Below, piece by piece: positions 18,199 through 28,879 of a stretch of DNA of 64,000 nt. The stretch comes from Pseudomonadota bacterium. Lineage in GTDB: Bacteria; Bdellovibrionota_B; Oligoflexia; Oligoflexales; CAIYRB01. A model generated the notes under the pieces. That model was not told where the DNA came from, ran no database searches, and was given only the letters and a program-made list of their open reading frames with translations. A program made the position numbers and the translations under genes. Every line of letters begins with the position of its first letter. Positions within the stretch are counted from its first letter, which is position 1. The stretch lies in the NCBI GenBank assembly GCA_031416315.1, contig JANOTL010000169.1:1-64000 (forward strand). Reading direction: 5' to 3'.

Positions 18199-18732
18199 AT
18201 GACCGCCGACTCCGCAAACCCTGCCCCATCCCTGTCCTCGACGGTCCGCCGCGCGCGGCCCGAGGACGCAGCCGGCATCGCTAGAGTGCACGTCGCGGCT
18301 TGGCGCGAGACCTACGCGGGCATCGTGCCACAAAGCTTTCTCGATCAGCTCGATGTGGCGAAACGCGTGCCGATCTGGGAGCGCGCGACACGCTTCGAGG
18401 TACCGCAAGTGCACGTGGCCGTCGCGGACGGCGAGGTCGTCGGCTTCGCCGACGGCGGCCCGACGCGCTCGCCGGAGCTTGCTTTCGGCGCCGAGGTCTA
18501 TGCGATCTACTTGATGCGAGCGCAACAAGGGCATGGGCTCGGGCGCGCGCTCTTCGACGCCGTTCGGCGCGATCAGCGCGAGGCCGGACGAAAGGGCCTG
18601 ATGCTCTGGGTCCTAGAGCAGAACCGTACTCTCGGTTTCTACCAGCGCCTCGGCGGCGTCACCGTCGGACGCAAGACGATCGAGATCGGTGGGGCGGCGC
18701 TCGAGGAGCTCGCGCTCGGCTGGAAGATTTAA
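18199..18732 (+). CDS. GNAT family N-acetyltransferase
   Basis: IARVHVAAWRETY, QGHGLGRAL, LWVLEQN..GFYQRLGG. Confidence 0.9.
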   Translation: MTADSANPAPSLSSTVRRARPEDAAGIARVHVAAWRETYAGIVPQSFLDQLDVAKRVPIWERATRFEVPQVHVAVADGEVVGFADGGPTRSPELAFGAEVYAIYLMRAQQGHGLGRALFDAVRRDQREAGRKGLMLWVLEQNRTLGFYQRLGGVTVGRKTIEIGGAALEELALGWKI

Positions 18733-18819
18733 TGGCGTCCCCATTCACTTCACTTGGATGCGCCCGTGTGCGTACTGATCGCGCCGCCGGAATCCCGACA
18801 ACGGCCACGGTCGCGGCCT

Positions 18820-20466
18820 TTAGGCCAGCACCTCGAAATCGTGCCCCATGAACACGAGAGAGGCCTTGCCCTTGTATGTGTCGCGATTCGCCGAGACGAC
18901 GAAGGCCGCGCGTTTGGCGCCCGCGAGCTCGCGGTGAACGTCGTTGAAGAACATCACCTTCTGCGAGGCCCCGGCAGCGCCGCGGATCATGACGCAGGTG
19001 TGGCGCGGCTCGCCGGTCGACTTGTCGTTGTAGAACTCGACGCGGGAGAGGTCGACCTCCAGCTTGAAGCGCGGCTCCTCGAAGCCATGGCCGAAAGGCT
19101 TCATCGCGTCCAGCTGGTCGGTCAAGGTCAGCGTCGCAAGCGATGCGTCGAGCGTGCAGTCGTAGTCGATGCGGCTGACCCAGAGTTCCGGACGCGTGGC
19201 TTTGAGCTCTTCGGCGTGAAGCATGATCGCGGCGCGGATCTCCGCCTCGCGCCCTTCGGGGAAGCTGAAGCCGCCGGCCGCGCGATGGCCGCCGAACTTG
19301 GTGAACAGGGTCTTGGCCGCGCCCATCGCTTGGGTGACGTCGAAGCCGGGGATCGAGCGCGCTGAGCCTCTGCAGACGCCGTCTTTCCGCTGGAAGAGCC
19401 ACACCGGCCGCCAGAACTCCTCGGCGATCTTGCTCGCGGCGATGCAGACGAAGCCGGGGTGCCAGTCGCCGCCGAGGAAGAGGACCGGCGCGTCACCGGC
19501 TGCGGCCGCCTGGATGCTCGCTTCTTCGACGATCCCACGCTGGATCTTCCGGCGCTTCTCGTTGCACTCGTCCATGAAGGCGATGAGCGGCTCGGGATCC
19601 TCGTCGACGAAAGCCTTCACGACGAGGTCGGCGTGCTCGAGGCGACCCACCGCGTTGATGCGCGGCCCGAGGCGGAAGCCGACGTCCTTCTCGTCGACGC
19701 CCTTCACGGTGCGCGAGGCTTCCATCAGGCGCTTTAGCACCGGGCGCGTGGAGCGCCCGAGCGCGGCGACGCCCATCTTCGCTAGGCGATGGTTGACGCC
19801 GTTCAAAGGCACGACGTCGCAAATCGTCGCCATGCCGACGAGCGCGAGGACGTCAGTCCAAGTCGCGGCTGCGTCCCGCGGCGGAAAGCGCTCGGCGAGC
19901 TTGCGTAAGAGGACGAAAGTGATGCCGGCGCCGCAGAGCTCCTGATAAATGGCGTCAGGATGCAGCTTCGGATTGAGGATCAGGCAGTCGGGCATCTTCT
20001 CCGGCTGGATCACGTGGTGGTCGGTGCACACGAACTCGACCCCGCGCTCCTTGCAGTAAGAGGCCTCGGCGTTGGCGGTGATGCCCGTATCCATGGTGAT
20101 GATGAGCTCGGCCTTCTCGTCGTCAATGAGATGCGCGATCGCCTGGAGGTTCAGGCCGTAGCCTTCCTTGAAGCGGCATGGGATGTAGTGCGTGTAGTTG
20201 TGGTAACCGATCGACTGCAGGTACCAGATCCAGGAGACGCAGCTCATGGTGCCGTCGACGTCGTAGTCGGCGTAAAGCGCGATCCGTTTACCCTTGGCGA
20301 TCGCGTCGCCGACGGCCGCGATCACCTTGGTCAGCCCGTGGTCGCCGTAGGTCAGGCTCTCCAGCGGCGTGAACTGCCGGTTTTCGCGCAGAATTTCCGC
20401 CAAGCTCGCGTATTGATCCGGCGCCTCCGCGGACAAAGCCCGCCATGTCTCATACTTACGTCCCAC
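18820..20466 (-). CDS. recJ: Single-stranded-DNA exonuclease RecJ (DHH/DHHA1)
   Basis: DYDVDG, TDHH, GPRINAVGRL, GSARS, FGGHRAAGG, PFGHGFEEP; start codon uncertain. Confidence 0.92.
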   Translation of the reverse strand: MGRKYETWRALSAEAPDQYASLAEILRENRQFTPLESLTYGDHGLTKVIAAVGDAIAKGKRIALYADYDVDGTMSCVSWIWYLQSIGYHNYTHYIPCRFKEGYGLNLQAIAHLIDDEKAELIITMDTGITANAEASYCKERGVEFVCTDHHVIQPEKMPDCLILNPKLHPDAIYQELCGAGITFVLLRKLAERFPPRDAAATWTDVLALVGMATICDVVPLNGVNHRLAKMGVAALGRSTRPVLKRLMEASRTVKGVDEKDVGFRLGPRINAVGRLEHADLVVKAFVDEDPEPLIAFMDECNEKRRKIQRGIVEEASIQAAAAGDAPVLFLGGDWHPGFVCIAASKIAEEFWRPVWLFQRKDGVCRGSARSIPGFDVTQAMGAAKTLFTKFGGHRAAGGFSFPEGREAEIRAAIMLHAEELKATRPELWVSRIDYDCTLDASLATLTLTDQLDAMKPFGHGFEEPRFKLEVDLSRVEFYNDKSTGEPRHTCVMIRGAAGASQKVMFFNDVHRELAGAKRAAFVVSANRDTYKGKASLVFMGHDFEVLA

Positions 20467-20557
20467 GTGCGGGCCCCCTTCGGCGCTTGGCGAGGATCTC
20501 CCGCCAAGGTAAAACCTCATCCGACATTCAGCAAACCATTTGAGGAGGAGAGCCGAC

Positions 20558-20974
20558 ATGAGCCAAGCCCCGCTCACGCAACCGCTCGCTCGGTACTCGC
20601 ACGTCCGCCAGGTCGGTGAGATCGTCTACGTCGCCGGCCAAGGCTGTCGCGACGCGAAGACCGACAAGTACGCCGGTCTCACCTTGGCACCCGATGGCTC
20701 CATCCTCGCTTACGACATCGCCGAGCAGACGATCGGCGTTTTGAACAACGTCGAAGGCGCGCTGAAGTCTCTGGGGCTCGACCGTCGCGCCCTCGTCGAC
20801 ATCAACGTCTTTCTCACCGACATGCGCGATTTCCCGGCGATGAACAAGGTCTGGAACGACTTCTTCCGGGATGTCGAGCCGCCGCCGACGCGCACGACCG
20901 TGGCCGTGTCGAAGCTTCCGGGCCACAACTTCGTCGAGATGAAGGCGGTGGCCGAAGCGCGGCGCAAGGGATGA
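20558..20974 (+). CDS. amnD: RidA family protein, probable 2-aminomuconate deaminase
   Basis: YVAGQG, FLTDMRDF..MNKVWNDFF, PTRTTVAV; operonic with a semialdehyde dehydrogenase near amnBA. Confidence 0.75.
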   Translation: MSQAPLTQPLARYSHVRQVGEIVYVAGQGCRDAKTDKYAGLTLAPDGSILAYDIAEQTIGVLNNVEGALKSLGLDRRALVDINVFLTDMRDFPAMNKVWNDFFRDVEPPPTRTTVAVSKLPGHNFVEMKAVAEARRKG

Positions 20975-22407
20975 GCCACTACATCGACGGCCGTTACGTC
21001 GCATCGGAGGGCGGGAAAACCTTCACGACGATGAATCCGGCGACGGACGAGGCCTTGGCCGAGTTGGCGCGGGGCACGGCGGCCGACGTCGACCGCGCCG
21101 TGAAAGCTGGCGCCCTTGCAATGCAGGGGCCGTGGGGCCGCACATCCGCCGGCGAGCGCGCGCGCGTCCTGCGCCGCGTCGCCGATCTCATCGACCAGCA
21201 GAGGCACGAGCTCGCGCGCCTCGAGAGCCAGGACACGGGCAAGCCGATCTCCGAGACGGTGACCGGGGACATCGCCCGCGCCGCGCACAATTTCCGCTTT
21301 TTCTCGGAGATCGCGGCGCACCGCGAGCTCCCGAGCTACGTCGGCGACGACGGCAGCCTGCATACGACGCATGCCGAGCCGCTCGGAGTCGTCGGTCTCA
21401 TCACGCCGTGGAATCTGCCGCTCTACCTCGCCACCTGGAAGCTCGCGCCGGCGCTCGCGGCCGGCAACGCCGTGGTGCTGAAGCCGGCGGAGCTGACGCC
21501 CCTAACGGCCGGGGCGCTCGGGCCGCTCCTGGCCGAGGCCGGCGTCCCCCCAGGTGTTTTCAACGTCGTGCAGGGCTTCGGCCCGGGCGAAGCGGGCGAA
21601 GCTCTGGTGACGCACCCCGACGTCAAGGCGATCTCGTTCACCGGCGAGACGCGCACGGGCGAGGCGATCATGCGCGCCGCGGCGCCCAGCCTGAAAAAGC
21701 TGTCGTTCGAGCTCGGCGGCAAGGGCGCCTCCGTGATCTTCGCCGACGCCGATCTGGACCGCGCCGCGGAGACGGCGACCCGCGCCGCGTTCCGGAACCA
21801 AGGACAGATCTGCCTCGCAGGCAGCCGGCTTTTGGTCGAGGAGTCGGCCTACGAGGCCGTGCTCCAGCGCGTGCTCGCGCACGTGGCCAAGATCAAAGTC
21901 GGCGATCCGCTCGATGAAAAGACGACGATGGGATCGCTCATCGGCAAAGAGCATCGCGAGAAGGTGATGAGCTTCGTCGAGCGCGCCCGCACCCAGGGCG
22001 AAGGTAAAATCGTCGCGGGCGGTCGCATTCCTCCGAGCCAAGCGCGCGGCGCATTTTACGAGCCGACGGTGATCACCGGCGTCTCCCAGCGTTCGGCGCT
22101 GGTCCAGGAGGAGATCTTCGGTCCGGTCCTGACGGTGCAGACCTTCAAGACGCAGGAAGAGGCGATGGCGCTGCTGAACGACACGCCGTACGGTCTCTCC
22201 TGCTCGATCTGGACGAAGGACCTGGCGCGGGCGCAGTGGGCTGCGCGCCAAGCCCGCATGGGCCTGGTTTGGATCAACAGCTGGTTTCTCCGAGATCTGC
22301 ATGCGGCCTTCGGCGGCATGAAACGCAGCGGCGTCGGGCGCGAGGGCGGCCGCCTCAGCCTCGAATTCTTCTCCGAGCTCAAAACGGTGACGTTTCCGGG
22401 AGGGTGA
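20971..22407 (+). CDS. amnC: 2-aminomuconic/2-hydroxymuconic semialdehyde dehydrogenase
   Basis: DIARAAHNFRFF, TPWNLPLYLATWKLAP, SFELGGK, NQGQICL, WINSWFLRDL (family 8 ALDH features). Confidence 0.82.
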   Translation: MSHYIDGRYVASEGGKTFTTMNPATDEALAELARGTAADVDRAVKAGALAMQGPWGRTSAGERARVLRRVADLIDQQRHELARLESQDTGKPISETVTGDIARAAHNFRFFSEIAAHRELPSYVGDDGSLHTTHAEPLGVVGLITPWNLPLYLATWKLAPALAAGNAVVLKPAELTPLTAGALGPLLAEAGVPPGVFNVVQGFGPGEAGEALVTHPDVKAISFTGETRTGEAIMRAAAPSLKKLSFELGGKGASVIFADADLDRAAETATRAAFRNQGQICLAGSRLLVEESAYEAVLQRVLAHVAKIKVGDPLDEKTTMGSLIGKEHREKVMSFVERARTQGEGKIVAGGRIPPSQARGAFYEPTVITGVSQRSALVQEEIFGPVLTVQTFKTQEEAMALLNDTPYGLSCSIWTKDLARAQWAARQARMGLVWINSWFLRDLHAAFGGMKRSGVGREGGRLSLEFFSELKTVTFPGG

Positions 22408-22408
22408 C

Positions 22409-23197
22409 ATGGACCTCGGACTGAAGAATAAGCGAGCGCTGGTCACGGCCGGATCGAAGGGCCTCGGCGCCGCGGTGGCCGAGGCTTTGGCGGCGGAAGG
22501 CGCGTCGCTGGTGATCGGCGCGCGCCACGAAGCCGAGCTGCGCGCGACGGCCGACCGGATCAAGGCGAAGCACCGCGTTCCCGTGCACGCGCTCACCGTC
22601 GACCTGGCGAATCCGGAGGCGGCCTCTTCCTTCGCGCGCGAGGCCGAGCGCCTCCTCGGGGGCGTCGACGTCCTGATCAACAACGTCGGCGGCCCCGCGC
22701 CCTCGAGCGCGCAGGAGACCGAGCTCTCCGCCTGGCAAAAGGGCTTCGAGCAGGTCTTTCTCAGCGTGGTCGCCGTCACCCGGCACCTGACGCCGGCGAT
22801 GAAGGAGCGGCGTTTCGGCCGCATCGTGACGATCACCTCGACGAGCGTCGTCGAGCCGATCGAGCATCTCGTCGTGTCGACGGCGATGCGCTCGGCGGTC
22901 ACGGGCTACCTTCGCACGCTCGCGACCGAGCTGGCCCCGCACGGGATCACGGTGAACACGGTGATGCCCGGCGTCCTGCATACGGGTCGCATCGAAGATC
23001 TTCGGCGGGCGAAGGCGGCGCGCGAGAGCTCGACCTTGGAGATCGAGATGGCGAAGACGGCGAAGGCGATCCCGGCGGGGCGGATCGGGAAGCCGGAGGA
23101 GTTGGCGGCGTTCGTGGCGTTTTTGGCGTCGGAGCAGGCTGGGTACATGACGGGGTTGAACGTGGCGGTGGATGGGGGGGCGCGGCGGGGGTTTTAG
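22409..23197 (+). CDS. SDR family oxidoreductase
   Basis: TAGSKGLG, NNVGGP, VDGG; S-x3-R in place of YxxxK. Confidence 0.9.
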   Translation: MDLGLKNKRALVTAGSKGLGAAVAEALAAEGASLVIGARHEAELRATADRIKAKHRVPVHALTVDLANPEAASSFAREAERLLGGVDVLINNVGGPAPSSAQETELSAWQKGFEQVFLSVVAVTRHLTPAMKERRFGRIVTITSTSVVEPIEHLVVSTAMRSAVTGYLRTLATELAPHGITVNTVMPGVLHTGRIEDLRRAKAARESSTLEIEMAKTAKAIPAGRIGKPEELAAFVAFLASEQAGYMTGLNVAVDGGARRGF

Positions 23198-23202
23198 GGC
23201 CT

Positions 23203-23272
23203 TTCACCGAAGAGAACGCCGAGGACGCAGAGGGGCTTTTTAAATGCCCGCTGCGTCCTCTGCGGTAAAAAA
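23203..23272. repeat. REP-like palindrome built from 9-nt units
   Basis: ACCGAAGAG-AACGCCGAG-GACGCAGAG ... CTGCGTC-CTCTGCGGT between convergent genes. Confidence 0.55.
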
Positions 23273-23283
23273 ACTTCCGACCG

Positions 23284-24111
23284 TCACCGCGCCCCGAAAA
23301 GGCTCATCGGCGACTGCGGATCCCCGCCATCGGCGAACACCGCCCACGTCGCCTCGAACTTCGACCGGAAGACGTCCCGCGACGCCTTCGAGCAGTAGTA
23401 GCTGTCCTGCGCTTCGGCGAGCACGACGTTGCCGAAGGCGACGGCGTCCTTGTCGCGGAGCTTCACGAACTTCTCGCGCGTGTCGGCGGGAGCGCCCTTC
23501 AGGTCTTCGAGGAACGCCTCGCCGAGCCGTGTGCGCGCGGCGATGACGGCGGAGGCGGCGTTCTTCCATTCGGGGGAGTTGAATGGCGCAGGTGCCTGCG
23601 CATTTTGCAGCCGCGGCAGCAGGAACTCGGTGAAAAAGTACGAGCCGAGACGCACGAGGCTCGTGCGGATGACCGCGACGTCCGCCTCGATCAGGAGCTC
23701 CGGCGGCTCGCCCCCGGTCTGGCGCCAGCAGGCGCGCGTCGGCTCGGCGCTCACGTTGAGCGCCTTTTCCTCGGCCGTGAACGGCGTGCCCTCGCACGCT
23801 TTGACGCCATCGGGGACGAGGATGATGCGGGCGCGAACGCCGGCCATGAGCTGAGCGACCGCCGCAGGTAGCGCCGCGGCCGTGGACATCAGCTCGGCCG
23901 TGAGCGGCGCGTCCTTCGGCTCGATCAGGGCCTGAAGCGGCTTCGCATAGTCCGGGATGGTCGTCGAGCCGCACACGTACTCGGTCTTCGCGCCCGTGAG
24001 GCCGTCGAGGCTCCTCACTTTGGCGGTCTCTTGCGCGGGGCCATCGTTCTGCGGCTTGCATGCGAGCGTCGTCGCGACCAGGGCTGCGCTCAACAAGATG
24101 TGGTTTTTCAC
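23284..24111 (-). CDS. Lipoprotein, standalone ATLF/LFn-like domain (paralog of the 5702-8488 N-terminus)
   Basis: Lipobox TLAC; five colinear blocks shared with 5702-8488. Confidence 0.82.
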   Translation of the reverse strand: MKNHILLSAALVATTLACKPQNDGPAQETAKVRSLDGLTGAKTEYVCGSTTIPDYAKPLQALIEPKDAPLTAELMSTAAALPAAVAQLMAGVRARIILVPDGVKACEGTPFTAEEKALNVSAEPTRACWRQTGGEPPELLIEADVAVIRTSLVRLGSYFFTEFLLPRLQNAQAPAPFNSPEWKNAASAVIAARTRLGEAFLEDLKGAPADTREKFVKLRDKDAVAFGNVVLAEAQDSYYCSKASRDVFRSKFEATWAVFADGGDPQSPMSLFGAR

Positions 24112-24734
24112 GGCTCGTCTCCATCATCGTTTCCGGCTGGCGGCTTCGGCACGGGCGGCGCCGAGGGTTTCGGGCCGGAAGGCACGCCGCCGCCGCCGCC
24201 GCCGCCGCCGAGGCTGCCGAGGAGCGGGCCGATCAAGCTCGTGAGGCCGCCGAGGCCACCGCCGCCACCGCCGCCCAAAAGCGGGCCGATCAAGCTCGTG
24301 AGGCCGCCGAGGCCGCCGCCACCGCCGCCCAGAAGCGGGCCGATGAGCCCGCCCAAAGCGCCGAGGCCGCCACCGCCGCCGCCGGGGCCGGCGGGCGGGC
24401 CCGGGATGGGACCGATCGGAATCGTGGGGAGCGCGGGTAAGGTCGAAGACGAGCCATCGGAGCTCGTGCTGCCTCCGGAGGTCGAGCCTTTAGTCGTCGT
24501 GCCGCCCTCGGAAGTGGTGCCTTCGGTCGTCGTGCCACTGCTGGACGTTGTGCTGTTGTCGCTGGTGCCGCCGGACGACGACGACGACGACGAGGTCGTC
24601 GTCGTCGAGGTCGTCGCTTTCCTGGCCGCGACCGGCGGCGCTTTCGGCGGCGCCGAGTTGCAGCTGACAAGCGAAGACATCAGGAGAATGCCTACGTGCG
24701 CGATGGCACCGCGAAGCCGTACGAGACGACGCAT
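24108..24734 (-). CDS. Low-complexity lipoprotein with Ser/Thr stalk and GGGGGLGGLTSLIGPLLG repeats
   Basis: Lipobox LVSC; stop codon overlaps the start of 23284-24111. Confidence 0.65.
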   Translation of the reverse strand: MRRLVRLRGAIAHVGILLMSSLVSCNSAPPKAPPVAARKATTSTTTTSSSSSSSGGTSDNSTTSSSGTTTEGTTSEGGTTTKGSTSGGSTSSDGSSSTLPALPTIPIGPIPGPPAGPGGGGGGLGALGGLIGPLLGGGGGGLGGLTSLIGPLLGGGGGGGLGGLTSLIGPLLGSLGGGGGGGGVPSGPKPSAPPVPKPPAGNDDGDEP

Positions 24735-24830
24735 AGGGCCTCTTCTATCGAGCGGATTGGGTATGAGAAGCTTATCGGCGATCTGGAGATTTTACCTTAG
24801 ATCCGCCGATAATGCTTACATCCCCGCCCT

Positions 24831-26565
<1,735 letters not shown>

Positions 26566-26609
26566 TCATTAGTTCTGACTACTACCGGAGCCAAGCTGTG
26601 CTGGGAAGG

Positions 26610-27038
26610 TTATTGCGGAACGACGTCGTACTTGTCGTTGCCCTTGAACGTCTTACCGTCCCAGGTGATGGAGGCTGCCGTGCCATCTTCCAGCTGCGTC
26701 GAGATGGTCATCGGGACCGTGCCGGCGCCGCCGCTCGGGACCGTGCCGGTCGGCGCGATGGCGCCCGTGGGCGCGACGTCACCGGTCGGGCCGGTCGGGC
26801 CGCCGCTGGTGTCGATCTCGCCGGAAGGCGGCACGATCGTGCCCGAGCCCGGCGTCGGTCCGGCCGGAGCGATCGGTCCGGAGGGCGCGACCGGGCCAGA
26901 GGGCGCGATTGGACCGCTGGTTCCAAGCGCGCCCGGCTGCTGGATCGCGCGGCGCTCACGCCGAGCACAGCTCGCAGAATGCAGCACGACTGCGGCGACG
27001 AGGCCGAGCTGGGCGAGACCAAAAAGGCGGTGACGCAT
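26610..27038 (-). CDS. Small lipoprotein with GPIAPS/GPTG repeats
   Basis: Lipobox SASC; SGPIAP-SGPVAP-SGPIAP repeats. Confidence 0.65.
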   Translation of the reverse strand: MRHRLFGLAQLGLVAAVVLHSASCARRERRAIQQPGALGTSGPIAPSGPVAPSGPIAPAGPTPGSGTIVPPSGEIDTSGGPTGPTGDVAPTGAIAPTGTVPSGGAGTVPMTISTQLEDGTAASITWDGKTFKGNDKYDVVPQ

Positions 27039-27238
27039 CGTGAGTTCCTCCGGGCGCTGGTTTCTTATCGTCAGAACCGTTCAAGAATTGTACCCCTGAC
27101 TTGAATATAGGCATCTTCTTTGAAATTAGAATGTTACGGGCGCAAGCCAGTGCCGCGATCCGCCTAAGGATTGGTCGCCGCCCAGAATACCTGCTAAAAG
27201 TCGCAGCTTCCTTCGCCCCTCTCCGTAGGAGCCGCCGC

Positions 27239-27934
27239 GTGCACCGCCAAAGCCTTCTCACGCTACTCGACGTCTACGAAAGGACCTGGATTGAAGGTGC
27301 GGGTGCGGCTCGACCGCATGCTGCCCGGGATGCGGCTGAAGAGCGGGCGATCGTCGCGGAGTTCCGCCGCTTCGTGCGCGAGGAGCACGAGTGCTTCGAG
27401 CGTCATTTGGCCGTAGGCCACGTGACGGGCTCGGCGCTCGTGGTAAGCCCCGGCCTCGATAACGTCCTTCTGACTCTCCACGCGAAGCTCGGGAAGTGGC
27501 TGCAGCTCGGCGGGCACGCGGACGGCGAGGCCGAGGTGCACGACGTGGCGCGCCGCGAGGTCCAGGAGGAGTCGGGCCTCGGCGACCTCGACTTTCTTGC
27601 CTACGAGCCCGCGCTCGGCGCGACGCGACCCGGCGGCGCTCCCCTCCCCTTCGACTTCGATCGCCACGCCATCCCGCCACGGAAGTCGGATCCCGAGCAC
27701 TATCATTACGATGTGCGCTACCTCGTGGTCGCCGACCCGCACGAGCCCCTGGCGATCACCGACGAGTCGACCGATCTGCGCTGGTTCCCCCTGGCCGAAG
27801 CCCGCGCCCTGACCGAAGAGCGCAGCATGATCCGGCAGTTCGATAAGCTCGCCTGGCTCGGGACGCGCCTCGAACTTCGGGCCTCGCCGTTGACACGGCC
27901 CGGCGCGGACTTAAGCTGCGAGGCAGGAGGCTGA
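27239..27934 (+). CDS. NUDIX hydrolase
   Basis: GHVTGSALV, WLQLGGHADG, ARREVQEESGL, HYHYDVRY; GTG start after AGGAG. Confidence 0.9.
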   Translation: MHRQSLLTLLDVYERTWIEGAGAARPHAARDAAEERAIVAEFRRFVREEHECFERHLAVGHVTGSALVVSPGLDNVLLTLHAKLGKWLQLGGHADGEAEVHDVARREVQEESGLGDLDFLAYEPALGATRPGGAPLPFDFDRHAIPPRKSDPEHYHYDVRYLVVADPHEPLAITDESTDLRWFPLAEARALTEERSMIRQFDKLAWLGTRLELRASPLTRPGADLSCEAGG

Positions 27935-27937
27935 GCC

Positions 27938-28879
27938 GTGGCTGATTACTACAAAACGCTGGGCGTCGAAAAAGGCGCCACCGACGATGTGATCAAAAAG
28001 GCTTACCGCAAGCTGGCATTGAAGTTTCACCCCGACCGCAACAAAGGGGATCCGAAAGCGGAGGAACGCTTCAAGGAGATCAGCGAGGCGTACGCCGTCT
28101 TGTCGGATTCGGACAAGAAAAAGCAGTACGACAATTTCGGCGATCAGAAGTTTCACCAGCAGTACTCGCAGGAGGACATCTTCCGCGGCGCGGACTTTTC
28201 GTCGATCTTCCGCGAGTTCAACCTCGGCGGCTTCGACCTCGGCTCGATCTTCGGCGGACGCGGCGGCGGCGCCGGCGGCGCCGGCGGCTTCGAGGCCTTC
28301 GGCGGCATGGGTGGCCGGGGCGCCGGCGCGGCTGAGGCGCGGCGCGGCGCGATGAAGGGCCAGGACGTCGAGTATCCGCTGACGATCGGCTTCGAGGAAG
28401 CCTTCCGCGGCTCCGAGCGCCAACTGTCCTTCCGCTTGGAGGACGGCACCTCGCGCAGCCTGAAGGTGAAGGTGCCGAAAGGCGCGCGCGACGGCGCCAA
28501 GCTGCGCATCGCCGGGAAAGGCGCGGACAGCCCTTACGGCGGCGACGCCGGGGATCTCTACGTCGTGCTCACCGTCGCCGCGCACCCGCGCTTCACGCGC
28601 TCCGGCGACGACCTCGAGGCGTCACTGCCCCTGAAGCTCTCCGACGCCTTGCTCGGCGCGACTGCCGAGGTCGAGACGCTCGACGGCGTCAAGAAAGTGA
28701 AGATCCCGGCCTTGATGAAGCCAGGGAAAAAGATTCGGCTCAAGGGCTTAGGCTGCTGGGTCGCGCGCTCCGAGACCGAGCGCGGCGACTTTTACGTCGT
28801 GGTAGACTATCTCCTGCCGGAGACGCTCACCGCGGCGCAGAAATCCGCCGTCGAGGCCTTGCGAGATGCTGATTTGTAG
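27938..28879 (+). CDS. cbpA: DnaJ-class chaperone without zinc finger (CbpA-like)
   Basis: J domain with HPD, G/F region, DnaJ C-terminal domain, no CxxCxGxG repeats. Confidence 0.85.
   Translation: MADYYKTLGVEKGATDDVIKKAYRKLALKFHPDRNKGDPKAEERFKEISEAYAVLSDSDKKKQYDNFGDQKFHQQYSQEDIFRGADFSSIFREFNLGGFDLGSIFGGRGGGAGGAGGFEAFGGMGGRGAGAAEARRGAMKGQDVEYPLTIGFEEAFRGSERQLSFRLEDGTSRSLKVKVPKGARDGAKLRIAGKGADSPYGGDAGDLYVVLTVAAHPRFTRSGDDLEASLPLKLSDALLGATAEVETLDGVKKVKIPALMKPGKKIRLKGLGCWVARSETERGDFYVVVDYLLPETLTAAQKSAVEALRDADL

Noticed and set aside
24185..24390. ~57-60-bp repeats as a CRISPR or mobile element
   Set aside because: In-frame coding repeats of a Gly-rich lipoprotein; no spacers or terminal repeats.
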